A DNA stretch of 62,885 nt, counting the filler, from Stramenopiles sp. TOSAG23-2 (Eukaryota): the NCBI GenBank assembly GCA_900128395.1. It is 3 parts of 3 records of this genome, joined end to end, with 100 filler letters (N's around TTAATTAATTAA, not from the genome) between each part and the next. Parts side by side here need not be neighbours in the genome. Positions count along the whole stretch, not along the records: positions 1 to 20,922 come from LT649546.1; 2 more parts are not named here. One strand, written 5' to 3'. The notes under the pieces are model-generated. The model was not told where the DNA came from and did not search any database. It was given only the letters and a program-made list of their open reading frames with translations. Shown here in pieces: positions 1-11,000 of the stretch; the stretch's first letter is position 1; the number at the start of each line of letters is the position of its first letter. A program made the position numbers and the translations under genes.

Positions 1-73
1 TAGATTATTTTTAGGATTTTTATTACATATACATAGAACTAGAATATACACAAGAAATATTAATTTTACAATT

Positions 74-541
74 TCAAGATAAGCATCTTTCTAATTTTTG
101 TTTAATATCTGCTATGGTTTGATCCAATTCTTCGATGCTATCTTGTTTGCGTTGCACTTGCTGTTCTAAATGCGTGACTATATTTGCACGAGCTTCGTGA
201 TATCTATATGATTTCAATAAAGCTTGTATCTTTGAAAAATATTTGTTAATTTGTTCAACGTCGTCCATATATCCATCTTTTTCAGTTGATTCTAACGTTT
301 CCAAGACTTTCTGCATTGCTTTCTGTAGCTGTTTAAAATTCGATTGCAAACTTTCATTGTATGTACTATTTACAGGCAGTTCATCCTCTACACTCCATTG
401 CTTGCCAAATATATTAAATATTTCTTTTTCATTACTTGGTGGTTTTGGTGGTTCTCTTTGAATATCTTCATCTGTTAAAAATGTTTTATAAAATGCAGGT
501 GGTGGTGGAAACCTTGGTACACTATTGTTATTTACAGCCAT
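74..541 (-). CDS. MED7: Mediator complex subunit 7
   Basis: N-terminal FPPPPxFYK..PPKPP..FNIFG and C-terminal YRYHEARANI..LEQQVQRK match my recollection of the Med7 family; 155 aa. Confidence 0.85.
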   Translation of the reverse strand: MAVNNNSVPRFPPPPAFYKTFLTDEDIQREPPKPPSNEKEIFNIFGKQWSVEDELPVNSTYNESLQSNFKQLQKAMQKVLETLESTEKDGYMDDVEQINKYFSKIQALLKSYRYHEARANIVTHLEQQVQRKQDSIEELDQTIADIKQKLERCLS

Positions 542-1270
542 AGTGATGGAAAAAGAAGGACAATTATATATGTGACTATGTGTGTGTCAATACTACAAGA
601 AATCAAGGAATATGCAGATCAAAATTGATTGATTGTGTTATTACAATGTACAATGTGTCATCTATTTTGTACGTCGTCCGTATATTAAATCATCTATATA
701 TTAATTATTAATTTCGAATTAATATTTATTATTTACCAGTTTATGGAAAAAAAAAAGTGGTGAAAAGTTGCAAAAAAAAAGTTGTTCATCAATTTTTTAC
801 ATTATTAAGGTATTATTCTAAATTATACGCAAGGAGAAAAAATCAAAAGCGGTGTCATACTTTTTTAAAAATATTATAAGTTTGATTTTTGGTATACTAC
901 CAGGTAACATTACTATCAATGTGATTTTTGGTCAAAAATAATAGGAATTTTCTTGTACAATCTTCTTCACATACTCTACTGTAATTTTTAATACACATTA
1001 ACATGTACCTTACACATGTTGCACATTTTGGTCACATATTTGCACATTTTAATTTAACTTGTGCACTTCGTCATTCAAAATTAATTTTTTATCAAGTATA
1101 TATATATATGTGTATATAATGCACTAATGTACATATAGTATGTATTTAATAGATATAGGTTGAGTGTCAAGAGAATTGTAATTATATAAACGAACTAAAA
1201 ATATAAATATATTAATTAATATATATTATTAATACACAAATATAACATTATAAAAATATAAAATTACAAC

Positions 1271-1714
1271 ATGTATCGACATAAATATAAGCGACGAGAT
1301 GATGGTGCGAAAAAAATGAATCAATCCCAATCGGAACCATTAGTAAAATTATATATCGAGATGAATATAGATTCAAATGGTGATTCTAAAATAAAATATG
1401 ATCATAATTTGAAATACGAATCGAAATTTAAAACTACTCGTACAACCAACAGAAAAAAGAAAAAAAAAATCATTAATAGACGACCAAAAACTGCATCATC
1501 ATCGTATCGTTCACCATCATCTTTTCCACCGTATCGTAAATGTTTATTATCTGAAAGTAAACTAGGAGGCGTATGTAATATATTATCATATTGTGGCCAA
1601 GATTATAAAACTGTTGGCAGTGGTCATCCTACATATAGAAATAAACATAATACAATTAATAATAGCCCATTAAAGATAATGATAATAATAATGACGAAGG
1701 AAAAGAAGGTACAA

Positions 1715-1747
<33 letters not shown>

Positions 1748-1953
1748 AAAGAACCATTACAAACGAAAAATTGATGATGCCAAATAATAACAATTCCAAT
1801 AAATTAGTCGAAAGTAAATATGTCGCTTCAAGGAGTAACAATAAATATACAACAAACTCTTCTGAAGCATGGGTTTGTAGCTTGTGCGGCAGGTCAAATA
1901 AAGTTGCTAAATCTAGATGTGCTACATGCAAAACAAGAAAAGGATATGCATAA
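1271..1953 (+). CDS. RanBP2-type zinc-finger protein (two ORFs, probably joined by intron 1571-1665 or by a frameshift)
   Basis: C-terminal WVCSLCGRSNKVAKSRCATC fits W-x-C-x2-C-x3-N-x6-C-x2-C. Removing GTATGT(1571)...TAG(1665) joins the 1271 ORF in phase 0 to the frame reading PIKDNDNN...SSSS...KLMMPNN. Confidence 0.6.
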
Positions 1954-2503
1954 AATAATAATAATATAATCGGTAATTCCTGATATGGGGGTTATTGACA
2001 CATATTGTGAGATGGATTTATAAGATTTTGGCTCAAACGCTATTATTCTTTAAACATAGGGAAGCATTGAAATATTATAAAAACTATGATAAATCTTTTA
2101 TTTAAAACAGAGAGAGAATAGAAAAAAATCTGTACACAATGAATAAAAATAACTTTTTGAGACGTACGTAGGAAATATAAATTTTAATATTTATTTTTGA
2201 GAGTACGATAGGAATTGTCATGGGTAGAAATTTAAAAAATTAAAATACGCGCGTACTTTTAATATTTTATAATATATTACGAAGTATTACGTTTCGTAAC
2301 ATATTGATACGAGTATATAATATATATATATGATATACGAATATATTTTATTAGTTCGCGTAATAATATAATGATACTTTTCCGTACTCGTACGAATTCG
2401 TAGAAGTGTATAATATATACTTCAGTATAAATTTAAACAAAATATATAAATATATTTTACTTCGCTAGTAATTTTATGCATATCATATCTTTAATTTTCT
2501 CTT

Positions 2504-4114
2504 TTATTCGGAATATTCGTCTTTTAAATTTCTCAATTCTTTTATAAATTCAATTTTAAAATCATTGATTTCTTTAATACGATCTCTATTCGATTGAAAT
2601 TTCATTTCTTTAAAATCAGTTAATATTTTTATCAACGCTCCAATTTCAGTTGCTCGCAATTCATCCTCCCGTCCAAGCAATTTACCAATATGAATATCAT
2701 TAGATGCTTGTATACATGTTGTCAAAGCATCTTTATCCCCTAATAGATCAGCAACTTCAACAGGGAAACTATCCCCTTCATCCGCTTCCAAATCTGCAGT
2801 TAATTGCTCTGCTAACTCAGTAAGGGCTTCATTAAAAGCTCCTTCAGCATCTTCTACAGAGCGGAAAAATTCATTTTGAAATTCCAAAACATTTTTTTGG
2901 TTCGTCTGCACTCTATTTTCAAATAAACCTGCTATTTTTTCTATTCCTTCCAATCGTTTGACCTCAATTGCAATTAAGTCCTGGCATACAATTTGAACTC
3001 CATCCATTAATTCACTAATTTTTGACAAGTTTGGATCATCCTCCATAGTTTCTTGCAAATAATTTACAAAATCATTTTTCCTATCTATCAAATCACGCAT
3101 TGCAGCATGGGATTCTTTAACTGCAGCTACACGTCTTTTCTCAATACTAGCTTTGAAACCTTCTTCCTCTTTCACACGCTCCTTGTATTTAACCATAGCA
3201 TTATTTTGAAATTCTTCCGCTGCTTCATTAATTTTTTCTTGATAATCTTCAAGTAACTCTTTTATGCCTGGTAACAATGTTAATTTTAACATTTCTTGGT
3301 CTTCTTTGAACATATCATTGTACATAGTTTCCACTACAATCATATTTGCTTTTCTTAAATTTTCTGTTACAGCAGCTTTCATGGCATCCCGATCCGCGTT
3401 TGCTTTTGCCATAGCTTCTTTCTCTTGCAAAATAATCATTTCATCTTGGAACGTTTCTTTAGCAGCTACTACTTCGTCACTGCCAATTAATGAATAATCT
3501 AGAAATTCGATGCTTTCAAGATGTGCCAATGTAAATGCTCTGTATTCCTCTTGTTTACAGACGGGATTACCTTCGAAATTCAGCGATTTTAATTGTGTAA
3601 ACTCACGTAACTTTGATATTTGATCTAATTTTTCTATTTTATTATTTCCCAACGATAACGTATGTAACCCTTTTTGGTTATTTAAACCGGAAACTTCAGT
3701 GATAAAATTGTTAAAAAGTGTTAAATCTTTTAATTTTGTCAATGTCTCTAGACCTTTAATTTCAGTAATACAATTGAAAGATAAATCCAACCATGTTAAA
3801 TTAACGAGATGATCAATATTTGTTATTTCTGGTATTTTATTATTATCAAGACATAGGTAAGTTAATGATTTTAAGCCTTGTAAATTGTCAATTTCACATA
3901 TATCTCTGTATGATAACTGTAACTTTTCTAACTCGTCGAGTTTAACTTCCATGGCGGCTTTTGTTGCAGCTTTCCAAGCCTTTTCTGTCTCCTTTCTGTC
4001 TTGCATAACTTCTTCATCGACCAATTCTTTAAAGTCTTTTACTAAAGAATCGTATATAATAGGTTCATCTATTACAACTTTTGGTGGTGCCAAATTGTAC
4101 CCTTTTGCTGACAT
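2504..4114 (-). CDS. DRC3: Dynein regulatory complex subunit 3 (LRRC48)
   Basis: SDS22-like LRRs (LCLDNNKI, WLDLSFNCI, LTLFNNFI, LSLGNNKI), an LRRcap (GNPVC..EYRAF), then a long acidic coiled coil; 536 aa. Confidence 0.85.
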   Translation of the reverse strand: MSAKGYNLAPPKVVIDEPIIYDSLVKDFKELVDEEVMQDRKETEKAWKAATKAAMEVKLDELEKLQLSYRDICEIDNLQGLKSLTYLCLDNNKIPEITNIDHLVNLTWLDLSFNCITEIKGLETLTKLKDLTLFNNFITEVSGLNNQKGLHTLSLGNNKIEKLDQISKLREFTQLKSLNFEGNPVCKQEEYRAFTLAHLESIEFLDYSLIGSDEVVAAKETFQDEMIILQEKEAMAKANADRDAMKAAVTENLRKANMIVVETMYNDMFKEDQEMLKLTLLPGIKELLEDYQEKINEAAEEFQNNAMVKYKERVKEEEGFKASIEKRRVAAVKESHAAMRDLIDRKNDFVNYLQETMEDDPNLSKISELMDGVQIVCQDLIAIEVKRLEGIEKIAGLFENRVQTNQKNVLEFQNEFFRSVEDAEGAFNEALTELAEQLTADLEADEGDSFPVEVADLLGDKDALTTCIQASNDIHIGKLLGREDELRATEIGALIKILTDFKEMKFQSNRDRIKEINDFKIEFIKELRNLKDEYSE

Positions 4115-5638
4115 GATGTATGTTTATAAATATGCAACGTATGTGGTATATATTTATATATTTATGTACTTATTTATTTATATGTACCTATAGCCTTGTA
4201 CACTATACAGAATATAGTTGGAGAAATAATATTATAAAGGTATGATATGTTTTGCCTATAAATATAAGAAATAAGAAATGTTTATAACAAACTTTGTTTG
4301 TAAAGTATATAATAGTGTGTTTTATTTTAAAAGTTGTTGGTTTTTTCGTTGATATGTAATAGTTAGTACTATAATATAATACAGCAGCAGTAGTATTAAT
4401 AATAGTATATTATTATCATTTAAAATACATAACGGTAAATGTAAAACTTCTTTAAAAAAGACGTGTGGCTATTATCCTGGAGGATATAATAACCAGATAA
4501 CTATACTACCAGTATTTATAATAGTGGTGTGGTACTTCACAAGTTTACTATTAGACTAGTAAAAAAATGCAGCACGATAAAAAAGGCGAAAAGGCTGTGG
4601 TGCTGTGGTGCTGGGTGGTTTGTTGTTTGTTGCTACTGTATCTGGCGTATTGGCGTATAATATTATGTCATAGTAATAGTAGTAAAGTAAAAGTACGGTG
4701 CCCTATATCTTAATATACTACATAATTATACCATTATACCATATAAATAATTACATATTGTACGAGAGGTTCTAAATAATTTTTTCAAAAACACAACTTT
4801 ATATATTTTTTCATGAATCATACCTCCTACATAATATGTATACGACCTCGTATACACAAATATATATCCTTTGTACCTATGATGCATTAAATTATTCATT
4901 TTTTTATTCCTTTCTTGCATATATCAACTATCATTTTCATCTTCTTCTTTCTTTTGTGGTTGTTGTATCAACATATCTACAATTCGAATAGTAGCTTGCT
5001 CATCCACATTTCTTTTCCAAAATCCCCAACAATTTTTTTTCCATCAATATATACACCACATTTATCTGCATGCGCGGCATGCCCACCCGTACCAATTACT
5101 GATAATGTCTGCAGCATCGTGCCACTTTTGTCTTTTTGTTCTATTGTCTATTTGCTGTACTATTTCATTTCTTATTTATTTTTCTGGATTGTAACAATCA
5201 AAATGTGTGTTGTGTACGTATATTAAATAATAATATATATGGCCAATAAAAATATAACTGCTAATTCTTAATACCAACTAATTTGGTAATATCAGCTATA
5301 TAGCAGCAGGCGGCTATAGTTAATAGTTACTACAATCATACTTGGTATAATACAAACTAGTCGAAAACACAATCAACAGCTTGTCCATGTCCATACAGGT
5401 TTAGGGGTTAGACTATAATACTATTACTATAAGACTACCAGAGTACATATACAATACACGATGTATTTGACTAAAATGAAGAATAGAAATAATAATTTAA
5501 ATTGATTTGGTGCATATATAGCTATAGTCGTCAATCGTCGATATAATATAAAGAAATATTAAAGACTATCATCATACAATCAAGAACCATCATTTCTCCC
5601 CCCTTTGTTATCTCTAAATCAATCATTGCTCATTTTGT

Positions 5639-5678
<40 letters not shown>

Positions 5679-5736
5679 CTTAAAGAAGATACAATCACGT
5701 TTTTTAGATTTATAGAAAATTACTAAAGAAAAAAGG

Positions 5737-7887
5737 ATGTTGTTGGAAGCTGATTATATTGTAATAGGATGCGGTGCCTCCGGTATGAATTTCGTAGATG
5801 TCATGTTAACTGAAGCGCCACGGGATACGACATTTATTTATGTTGATAAAAGACCTTTGCCTGGCGGACATTGGGTTGATTCATATGATTTTGTTCGTTT
5901 ACATATGCGTTCTGCATTGTATGGCGTCGTTTCAGAAAAACTATTGGAAGATCAAGACCCAAATGTTAGAAGGGCAACTGGTGCCCAAATTAAAGCATAT
6001 TTTCAACGGGTTTTAGAAAAACATTTAGCAAGTAGACGAGTTCAATTTTATGGACAATATTCGTACAATGAAAGTACAAATGAAATACGTTCAATCATGG
6101 GAGGAGAAACACACAAATTGAAATGGAATCGTAAATTAGTTGATACTTCATTTTTAACCTCGCCAGTTCCATCGGTTAATCCACCAAGTTTTCACGTGGA
6201 GGATACCCCTGAGATAAAATTTTGCCCGGTAAATGGTATTGCGAAGATACATGGTGGGAATAATCTACTAAAAAAGTTTATGATCATTGGTGCTGGTAAA
6301 ACATCTATGGATGCTATAGTTTTTTTATTGAACCATGGCGTTGATCCTGATTCAATTTCGTGGATACGCCCACGTGAAACGTGGTTGTTTTATAGGGATG
6401 ATGATGGCAAAAATGGTATTGGTGGTGTACGTGGTTTTGGTGTAGAAAATATAGGTATATTTGCAGATAGTACAAAAACAGTAGATGATTTTTTTCTTTT
6501 AGGCGAAAGACAAGGTATATTTTTGCGAATTGATGAAGATCATATGCCTGAAATGTTTCGTGGAGCTGCCATCTCACCCCATGAAATTATGCTTTGTCGA
6601 AAAGTGAAAAATATTATTAAGAATGGTCGTATTAAATCCATAGAAAAAGGACGAATTATTTTTGAAAATGGTAGTATGATTGCAACTGATAGTGATACTT
6701 TGCATGTTAATTGTTCCTCAATTGGTTTAACGACACGGAAACCGATACCTATTTTTACATCGGATCGTATTACCATACAGATGGTGTTTGCATTTCAGCC
6801 TGCATTAGGAGCAGCTGTGTTAGGGTATATTGAAGCACATTATGGTGAGAAATTAGACTTTGCAAATGAAGTAGCAATACCATTGGCATATCCAAAAACA
6901 AAATTTGAATTTTTCAATAGTATACGTATTTCATATGTAAATCTTGATCGATGGTTGAGGTATTTTCATTCATGGTTGAATACTATTCGTTTATTTTCTG
7001 GGAGTAAGCTAAATCCACCATTATGGTTCTTACAAGAGCTAAAATTATATTATCAATATAATTGGCAAGATCGAAATATTCTTTATGGAACACCTGGACA
7101 CAGATTGTTTGAAGAAGTTTATGAGAAAAACACTATCAATTTGAAACGTGAATTAGAAGATTTAATATATGTACAAGAGATTGATGATTTGAGAAACTAT
7201 GAGAACGCAACGACCATTTGTGCACCAACCATACAATTCAAGTCAATTGGAATTGATCATGATGAACAAGTAACTTGTAGTTTTTTATCAAATGTACCAA
7301 CGAATAAAGATCGATTAAATGTCGCTTCTGGATATTTAAATTTTACAGATACCTATACAAATTTAATGGCAACCAGTGGCGCATCAATACATGCTATGAC
7401 AGCATCGCCAAAAGCAAATGGTTTTTACACTGCAAATGGAGTAAGTGGATCATTACCATTGGCATATTCATTGCTAGAACAACAGTTTATAGAGACATTT
7501 AATAAAACACGTACCGATACTAAGATAAATATGCATGAATATGGACGTGAGGGATGGACATTTCACGGAAAAGGGATGTGGTTTATACCTGGTGGTAATG
7601 TCAATGAAAAGCAATCAATAAAAACACCAACTGGTACAATAATTGGAAGCCCAAATTACGGTTGGAGAAGTGTTTTACGTGATTCAGAATCACAAATCTA
7701 TTTACATACGTATGATCATGAATTACAACAAGATTTATATGATGAATGGAATTTAATGGAAAAAGATGCAAATATTGTGCATGAGGATATTTTCAAAGAA
7801 CCTGGTAGATTTACGAGGGAATTTTTCAATTGGAAAGAAGGTCATTGGATTAACGTAGGTGCGCGATTAGTAAAAACATTTATGTGA
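5737..7887 (+). CDS. FAD/NAD(P)-binding oxidoreductase fused to the C-terminal PLD half of phosphatidylglycerophosphate synthase (PGS1-like)
   Basis: N-terminal part: DYIVIGCGASG, PGGHWVDSYDFVRLH and second Rossmann motif IIGAGKTSMD. From about 7200: ASGYLNF, ASPKANGFY, WTFHGKGMW and IGSPNYGWRS..RDSESQ, typical of PGS1. Confidence 0.75.
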   Translation: MLLEADYIVIGCGASGMNFVDVMLTEAPRDTTFIYVDKRPLPGGHWVDSYDFVRLHMRSALYGVVSEKLLEDQDPNVRRATGAQIKAYFQRVLEKHLASRRVQFYGQYSYNESTNEIRSIMGGETHKLKWNRKLVDTSFLTSPVPSVNPPSFHVEDTPEIKFCPVNGIAKIHGGNNLLKKFMIIGAGKTSMDAIVFLLNHGVDPDSISWIRPRETWLFYRDDDGKNGIGGVRGFGVENIGIFADSTKTVDDFFLLGERQGIFLRIDEDHMPEMFRGAAISPHEIMLCRKVKNIIKNGRIKSIEKGRIIFENGSMIATDSDTLHVNCSSIGLTTRKPIPIFTSDRITIQMVFAFQPALGAAVLGYIEAHYGEKLDFANEVAIPLAYPKTKFEFFNSIRISYVNLDRWLRYFHSWLNTIRLFSGSKLNPPLWFLQELKLYYQYNWQDRNILYGTPGHRLFEEVYEKNTINLKRELEDLIYVQEIDDLRNYENATTICAPTIQFKSIGIDHDEQVTCSFLSNVPTNKDRLNVASGYLNFTDTYTNLMATSGASIHAMTASPKANGFYTANGVSGSLPLAYSLLEQQFIETFNKTRTDTKINMHEYGREGWTFHGKGMWFIPGGNVNEKQSIKTPTGTIIGSPNYGWRSVLRDSESQIYLHTYDHELQQDLYDEWNLMEKDANIVHEDIFKEPGRFTREFFNWKEGHWINVGARLVKTFM

Positions 7888-8053
7888 TAAAGTGTAGCTG
7901 GGAGAGATAGACGACTTTGTATGATGTACAGATTTAAAAATTATGTTTATTTTACACCGGATACGAGAAGAATAAAGTATCATAACTTAGCCAATATCAT
8001 ACGTATGATATGATCATTTGTGACTAAATATATTATTTCTGTAGAAGAGACAC

Positions 8054-11000
8054 TCAATAATCTCCATTGTCATTCCCCTCCTCTGGCTTTGCATCTGATG
8101 CCCATTTCACATTTGATGTATACGCTGCAATTGTAGGCAAAACATCTAATATATATTTCCATTCAACAGTGACAACAATTATTTTTGACTCATCATCTAT
8201 TTGTATATCAGACTTATCAACAGTTTTTACACCATAATAAGTACTATGGTATTTAATACGATATTTACCATCCTTATAAGCAGCCATTATTGTACCTTGC
8301 GCAGAGCGCTTTCTACCATGATAGATTGCGTTGGCAGACACTTCATCCCCCACATTAAGTATTTTTACTTTTTGATCTATTGCACAAATTCCCGCAGCCT
8401 TTAAATCATCAAAACTACTTATTGTCCCAGTATCGTTCAATTGCTTTTCAAGAATTTCTTTATTATGAGTTTTTTTCACTTGTACAATTACTAAATTTGT
8501 AAATTCTTTTTTATACTCTGGCGTGTTACGCATAGCACTGATCATTTCTTTATTTGCACTAGAATCTGGATTGAACGTTAGCAAACATGACAGACCTGGT
8601 TGGAACATTTTTTTTAAGTATGAATATGCATTTTCATTTGATTCTACTTGACTGATATTGTATCCATATGGCGATAATGTTTTTGATACAAACGACAAGT
8701 CTTGATAATCATCTTCGCGATTGAACAAAACAATTTCACCTGCTAAATTTTTCAAAAAACTGGTCTTTAATTCATTTACTCGTTTAGTAACACCAGCATC
8801 AAATGTTAATAATCGTAAATTGCCGCCACGACTTTGACCCTTTTCCCCACCACCAAATAAAATAATTTTATTGCGTAATTGCAAATCATTCGTATTTATA
8901 TTATTAAATAAATAGCTGGGGTTGCCATCAATAGCTATTTGTAATGTTCCAGCATTTGCATCAACAAATATTGTAATAACATGCCATGTATCCTTTAATA
9001 TAACCCTTTTCCCTTTCTTCTGGGGGCTATTTTCTAAATTATCCAAAAGTGCTACATCTCCAATTGGACAAATTATTTCCCCATCTTCATCTATTGCTAA
9101 ACTACATCGATTCCGTCTCCTACTTTTACTAAATGTGGGTGGTACAAAACGAATTAAGGAAGCTGATGCTCCTGAGTTTGGCAATACACTCAGTTGTATA
9201 TGCATATTCACAGTATATTTATCTTTATTTTTTTCCACAAACTGATTTGGTATTTGTAACAAAAAGCTGCAGCTGCTATTGCATGATAGATATGTTTCAG
9301 GTAAGTGATAATCATAAGAAATGTTATGATCTATACTCTTCTTCATGTTTAGCTTTTCAAAATATGTAGCTTTTGCTCTATCAAACGTTTTACTTTGTTT
9401 CTCCGCACAACTGTTACATATATCATAATCGCACACTCGGCAATATAAATTCTTATCAACAGCCGATCTAGTCTTAATACCAGTTTTACAGACATCACAT
9501 CGGGCATGCCAACGAGTTTTTAATGACAAGTTATGTCCAGCTCGACACATCAATTCTTTTTCTAAATCTTGAGTTCGCCCAACATGAATATTTTGAAAAG
9601 ACCAAGTACCACTGGGCACAAACCTCAAGGGCTTTTTTTTCTTAGTAAAATAAAAAATTAAAGTATTCTCAATTAAACATGGATTTGCGCCAGTCGGATT
9701 ATTTTTGCTGCTTTCCAATTCTTGTTGATACTGTTGATCGTCCAAATTATGGCGGAATGCAGCCGCTCTTAGTTGCCTTTGCCGTTTTTCTTCAATTTTT
9801 TGTCTTCTACGCTTTAAAATTAAAGATTTTAACTCCTCACCTCCATATGGTTCTATCTTATCCTTGCGAACGTTTTGTCTTGTCCCCCCTTCCTTCTCAT
9901 TGTTAGTTTTTTCATCACTGTCATCTTCTTCTTCACCAACTACTTTACATGGATCCCGTAAAGCATCAATATATTCATGATAATCAATTACTCCATCATC
10001 GTTGAAATCAGCTAATTCAAAAATATCTAAGACATCCTCAGCTGTTACATTTGGCATATTTAGAAATTTTAATGCCCCCCATAGCTCCTCAGGTGCAATA
10101 GTGCCAGAATCTATACAATCAAAAATATTAAATGCTTCCCACAATGTTAACCTATTATTTTCAATACCTCTTTTAATATATAAAAACATAGCACGTTGTT
10201 TCATCCCAATAAACTCATCCTCTACCATCAATGCTTTTTGCAATGGAGTTTCTTGCCATTTTCTATCCATACGGCGACGGCAACCAACTGTAGATAAGAA
10301 AAATTGTTCTCTTTCATCAATTGAAGTATGCTGTAAACTTTTAATTAGCATAAACACTGCCGGCTCGGAATAATGCATGTCACAATTAAAAAATTGAAAT
10401 GAATTTTGTGACAATGCTCGTTGAAAGAGAGAAGCGCCAGTGTTTATATCATTTTCGCTACGCCAATTTTTACTTGCATCAAGAATTAAACCTCCATCAC
10501 CACATAATGGACTATTTGATGTAGTGTTACCATTTGTAGGGTTGAAACGCAAAGCAATTTCCATATCACCATCTTGTATTAATGCTTCATGGCTTGAATC
10601 GTTGATATGGATAATCCGTCTAATCGTTTCCGCTTCAGCTAGTGATAAACATACAAAATATCTCCCGGATTCTTGTTCATGTAATATTCCACTTGATAAC
10701 AAATTTTGGAATTTATCAAATGTCATTACATGTTGCGATTCTTCCTTGCTTTTCTCACCAAATGAGTTCATGATATTATCTGCTTCAACCTCTTTTGATT
10801 GATTATCCGTTATTGAGCGAATTGCGCTTTTCAAATCATTTATTGTCAAAGCCTTGCCTTTACCTTCAAATGCAAACAACGAAAATGCACGTTTTAATGC
10901 TTTGTAGGCTTTTGGCGTCTCTTTAGGTAGGCATTTATCAACTTCCTCTATTGAATATTTTTTAAGTTTCGATATTGATGGTGCCCACTCAAGTACCACA

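Noticed and set aside
4726-5226. Short ORFs or decayed coding-like sequence between DRC3 and the oxidoreductase
   Set aside because: Interrupted by stops and no recognisable domain.
5399-5412. TTTAGGGGTTAG as a telomeric repeat
   Set aside because: Fewer than two clean units; expected by chance.
5641-5675. (AT)n, (GT)n and (AAT)n microsatellites throughout
   Set aside because: Ordinary for an AT-rich protist genome.
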